DNA from: Podarcis pityusensis
Taxonomy: Eukaryota
Assembly (NCBI GenBank): GCA_964106645.2
Contig: OZ067043.1
Length of the DNA stretch: 64,000 bases
Direction: 5' to 3' (one strand)
A program made the translations under genes and the position numbers. The notes beneath the pieces are model-generated. The model made no database searches and was not told the origin of the DNA. It saw nothing but the letters and a program-made list of their open reading frames with translations. How positions within the stretch are numbered: the first letter of the stretch is position 1; each line of letters starts with the position of its first letter. Below are positions 60,501-64,000 of the stretch, one piece after another.

Positions 60501-63500
60501 ATTTCACAAAAATGCTTCACAGAAACATGAGACTCCTATCCTCCCTTGCTGATGGCCACAATAATTGACACTACCACAAATTTTCAGCCTTTTCTTCCTC
60601 CTGCCTAGGGAGGAACATGAAATATTGGGGGTACCTTCCATGCGCCGTCATGATTTCTGTGACACTACTGGGCTCAACTGCAGACTTTTTCTCCTAGGCA
60701 CCCCCTTAACTAGGCACCCCCTTAACAGCACCGGCCCAGGCTGGATCCTGGAACTTCCTGAACAAGGGTCACCGCAGCCCGGATCAGCAGCGTTAACAGA
60801 GTTCAAATTTCACAATGCGTAAGAAAAACCACTTAACTGAAAACTGGCTGGGCTTTAAAAAGTACGCACGGCATTGCCCGTGGGCAACTGTGAGCAAGCC
60901 ATCTTTAAAAGTAGGCAAGTGGTACACAATATACCAAGATTTACGGAAATTTTGATGGCAGCTTGTTAACCACAAATGTAGAACCCTCTGGCTTTTGTGT
61001 GGCTGGAATGATGCCTACTCTGCAAAAGCTAAGAGTCACAAGAATCCCACTTGCCCACTTTCGCCTGCGGCCCCATCCACCCCTGGCATGCGGACCCTGG
61101 AAAGCTGCCCACAAGAGAATGTGAAAAATGTTTCCCATTGCTTACATGCAGACATGGGGACCGCAGAACTATGCGTGCAGGGAGCCAGGCCCAGAAGCAG
61201 CACTTGGCACAGTGGGGCCATGGGCTTGAGAAGACCCGTCAAAGCGGCTGATCCTCTCCTTTCTGTTTGCTTAGTGTTTCCTTTTTGGTCCAGTGCTCAG
61301 CAAAGAAGTGACAGGCTGAAGCTGCTGAGAGAGACAATGACATCTTTATCACCCCAGAATGCCTCGGGGTTCTGATGTCGTGCCCAGGGGTATTCTGGGA
61401 GAATAAAAATGGTGGCGGCTGAAGCCACATTACACAGCAACTCTCTTGTTATCGCTGGACTGACTGCCATCCGACATCCCCATCTGACCTAGAAAGCTCA
61501 CCAGAGGATGCGAATGAAGGACAGCCTTAAGCCCCACACCGAGAAGTGCCCAGCAGCTGAAGTCATCTCCATTGCTCCAGGGAGCCTTTGCGCACTGTGC
61601 TGAGGCTTGAAGGCATTCCAGGGTAATAAATAAGGCAGTGTCGTGGAAAAAATACTTAATTTTGAACAGCAGCTGATAAATTCACTTCATCACCATAATC
61701 AATACAGCAGCGGCAGGAACAGCAACAAAGACCATCTCAGGGTTTGAAATATTGTGAAGGCTTTAGAACAAGTAGAGTGACCCAATCGAGGAACTATTTC
61801 ACTTATGCAATGACCAACTTCAAAACCAAAAACAGTAGGATGGATTTGGAGAGTGAGGCACAAAAGGCAAGAGACCACATTTGGTCTTGCTTACCTTGAT
61901 CCTCTCTAACTGTTGCAATTCATGTTCTGCATCTGGTTGAAGAGTTACCATCTTCTGGCGTGTTATCGTTGCTACCATCTCCTTGCAACAGCTGAGGAAA
62001 TACATGATGTCAGCAATAGGTTACGGCACAGCAATGCCACTTTAATATGAGAAAGCCAGTTTCGTCACGTTCCTTCTGTCATGAGGACCATTTACATTTG
62101 AAGTTTACAAATGAGAAAAGTGGGGCAACTAACTGTAGGCAAGGGTGGGGGGAAACTACTATTTGAAAGCCAGGAATTACTTGTTTCAAATCTTATCTCA
62201 GTGAATTCTCTAGGAAGCCTTGAAAAATGTCAACCCATTATCTCAGCCTCCGTCCCCATTCTGCCTTCTGAAATATGAGATTGATAACACTAATCCTAAC
62301 TAACAGCATTGATCAGGATTACTGAGAGAATGTATGCATTGAGTATTCTGTCTGAAGTGCTCAGTGCCATTCTTATTGACATCATTATATGCTCAGTATA
62401 ATTATTAGTAATAATTATCATTTGATCTAGGACACAAAATCTTTCATTTTCTAAGCAAGCTTTTCTGATGAGCATTATTCTGGCAAATTAGACCTGAAGA
62501 CATGCCAGGAACAACTTTACCTGCTTCCCTCTCTGCTATATCTATATCTAGAGAGATGGAATGGTGTCTGTTTGCTGCCAGCAATCCTGGTTTTGGCTTT
62601 GTTGCCTAGATTTATGGGAGAGTCCCCAGGAGGCTTGCTTAATAACCCAGGTGAATTTTAGTATTTATAGAATATTTTCAGAGTGTATGAAAAGCTTCAC
62701 ATACATTATCTTATGGCAATCCTTCCAGCAACTAGATAGGTCAATATTATTGTGCCTAATCTTGCAAGGGAGGGCTGAGCTTGCCTAAGGATACCCCATT
62801 TATCACAACTGCAAGAGTCAAAACATGTCCTAGGCAACACCAGCACAATAATAATAATGATAATAATAATAATAATAGGTAAAGGTAAAGGGACCCTTGA
62901 CCATTAGGTCCAGTCGCGGACGACTCTGGGGTTGCGGCGCTTATCTCACTTTATTGGCCGAGGGAGCCGGCGTGCAGCTTCCGGGTCATGTGGCCAGCAT
63001 GACTAAGCTGCTTCTGGCGAACCAGAGCAGTGCACGGAAACGCCGTTTATCTTCCCACCAGAGTGGTACCTACTTATCTACTTGCACTTGATGTGCTTTT
63101 GAACTGCTAGGTTGGCAGGAGCAGGAACCGAGCAACGGGAGCTCACCTCATCACGGGGATTCGAACCGCCGACCTTCTGATCGGCAAGTCCTAGGCTCTG
63201 TGGTTTAACCCACAGCGCCACCCAAATAATTGATTATTTGTACCCCACCCATCTGGCTGCGTCTCCTCAGCCACTCTGGGCGGCTTCCAACAAAGATTAA
63301 AAATACATTAAAATGTCACACATTAATAACTTCCCTGAACAGGTGTCTTCGAAATGTCAGGTAGTCGTTTATCTCTTTGACATCTGAAGGGAGGGCGTTC
63401 CACAGGGCGGGTGCCACTAGCAAGAAGGCCCTCTGCCTGGTTCCCTGTAGAACCAGGTGGAACAGGTGGGGCTGAGGCACTAAAACAAACCGGGCCACAA

Positions 63501-63988
63501 AAACCTCCTTCAGTATTTGGCCATGTCATGATCTACATCTATACCACATATAAATAAAAATGTGCGTTCATCCTCCAGCAACCTTGTGAGGGAAACATTA
63601 CTGTTCACTTACTGTGTGGGTAGTTGAGACAGAGATATCACTAGATGTGCCCTATCATGGTGCTCTCTGTGATTACTGGAGGTCATTGCCACACAGCTTT
63701 TCCGTCATGGCATGGGCTTCCTTCCTGCCTGGTGGGGTGACTTTATGAAGCGGATGAGATTCAGTGGGATCAGCAATACCTGACTATGTAGCAGGAGAAT
63801 GTGCTCAGCTTTGCAGCCAGGCCTGTGGCTTCTCCTTCCAGCTTGAAAATGTTCAGCAGCTTCCTTTCCGCCTGCCTTGCCACTTCTGCATCAGTCAAGG
63901 GGAGGGTATCACGAGAGATGTGGTCTGGAGCCATGTGGATGAGCAGGTTGACCATCCACTTGCTCAGAGCATTGTGGAAGTCGTTCAG
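51413..63988 (-). CDS. AXDND1: Axonemal dynein light chain domain-containing 1, 3' coding exons (5' part beyond right edge)
   Basis: 8 phase-consistent exons; motifs SCCKEMV, ECLDWIETC, RYIGDDSNV, EKRAQQAEEK resemble mammalian AXDND1; convergent with NPHS2 as in mammals. Confidence 0.88.
52248..52640 (-). mobile_element. RTE-clade LINE 3' fragment
   Basis: GGQQKRFKD..., CPHCGRTCGSRIGLHSHLRTH zinc finger; (GAA) tail. Confidence 0.8.
53800..53948 (-). CDS. AXDND1: AXDND1 exon
   Basis: EAEKRAQQAEEKSEVLHEGLEEALAKI..., phase 2-1. Confidence 0.87.
54214..54582 (+). mobile_element. Sauria SINE
   Basis: Family consensus match. Confidence 0.9.
54726..54817 (-). CDS. AXDND1: AXDND1 exon
   Basis: RELHASQWTTKASKKEFELLASLEILEERL, phase 0-2. 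Confidence 0.85.
55350..56060 (+). mobile_element. Non-LTR retrotransposon ORF2 C-terminal fragment (clade uncertain, RTE-X-like)
   Basis: LCPCGDGSIESVVHVLLACKLYKDLR CCHC knuckle. Confidence 0.65.
56184..56321 (-). CDS. AXDND1: AXDND1 exon
   Basis: EQLPVPSTSTG...RYIGDDSNVYVK...VSR/gtatgt. Confidence 0.87.
56677..57224. mobile_element. GC/CpG-rich non-autonomous DNA element with internal mixed-orientation ~27-bp repeats (Harbinger-like ends)
   Basis: Termini gtggcggaggaa / ttcctatgtccctg; repeated ccgtac.gactgcgcatgtgcgg. Confidence 0.45.
58192..58353 (-). CDS. AXDND1: AXDND1 exon
   Basis: ttttgcag/VLQLKRQLPP...VLEAE/gtgagc. Confidence 0.8.
58489..58599 (-). CDS. AXDND1: AXDND1 exon
   Basis: TECLDWIETCNLLLSGMK...LFGLE. 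Confidence 0.85.
58649..58882. mobile_element. pogo/Tigger-like MITE
   Basis: Same family as 12438-12651. Confidence 0.85.
61895..61991 (-). CDS. AXDND1: AXDND1 exon
   Basis: SCCKEMVATITRQK...LERIK/gtaagc. Confidence 0.88.
62878..63223 (+). mobile_element. Sauria SINE
   Basis: Family consensus match. Confidence 0.9.
63780..63988 (-). CDS. AXDND1: AXDND1 exon
   Basis: LNDFHNALSKWMVNLLIHMAP...LSTFSCYIV, phase 0-2. Confidence 0.88.
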
Positions 63989-64000
63989 CTGTAGGAAGTT

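Noticed and set aside
1-64000. Prokaryotic-type systems (CRISPR arrays, operons, defence islands)
   Set aside because: The sequence is a vertebrate intron/exon locus; the repeats are TEs and microsatellites with no repeat-spacer structure

Overview
This is eukaryotic genomic DNA from a squamate reptile, probably a lacertid lizard. The evidence is Sauria SINEs, BovB, squamate-type tRNA SINEs and L1/L2 fragments. It carries the conserved vertebrate synteny block TDRD5 - NPHS2 - AXDND1. TDRD5 (piRNA pathway; 3 LOTUS domains plus an extended Tudor domain) is on the minus strand from a CpG-island promoter at ~24.1-24.8 kb and runs off the left edge. NPHS2 (podocin) is complete on the plus strand: 8 exons, 30194-46222, 386 aa. 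The 3' part of AXDND1 is on the minus strand (8 coding exons, 63988 to stop 51413). Introns are dense with TEs (Tc1, pogo/Tigger MITEs, hAT MITEs, L1, L2, BovB/RTE, Penelope, Gypsy, solo LTR). Highlights: (1) a ~2.28-kb intragenic tandem duplication repeating TDRD5 C-terminal exons, including an acidic-Trp DEIWDENW motif, with frame preserved; (2) signals for an AXDND1 terminal exon antisense to NPHS2 exon 6; (3) a Gypsy integrase/LTR fragment bracketed by inverted Sauria SINEs in NPHS2 intron 3; (4) a germline-type motif cluster at the TDRD5 promoter. Exon boundaries were read by eye from GT/AG signals and frame continuity. Homologies are from recalled protein sequences, not database searches.
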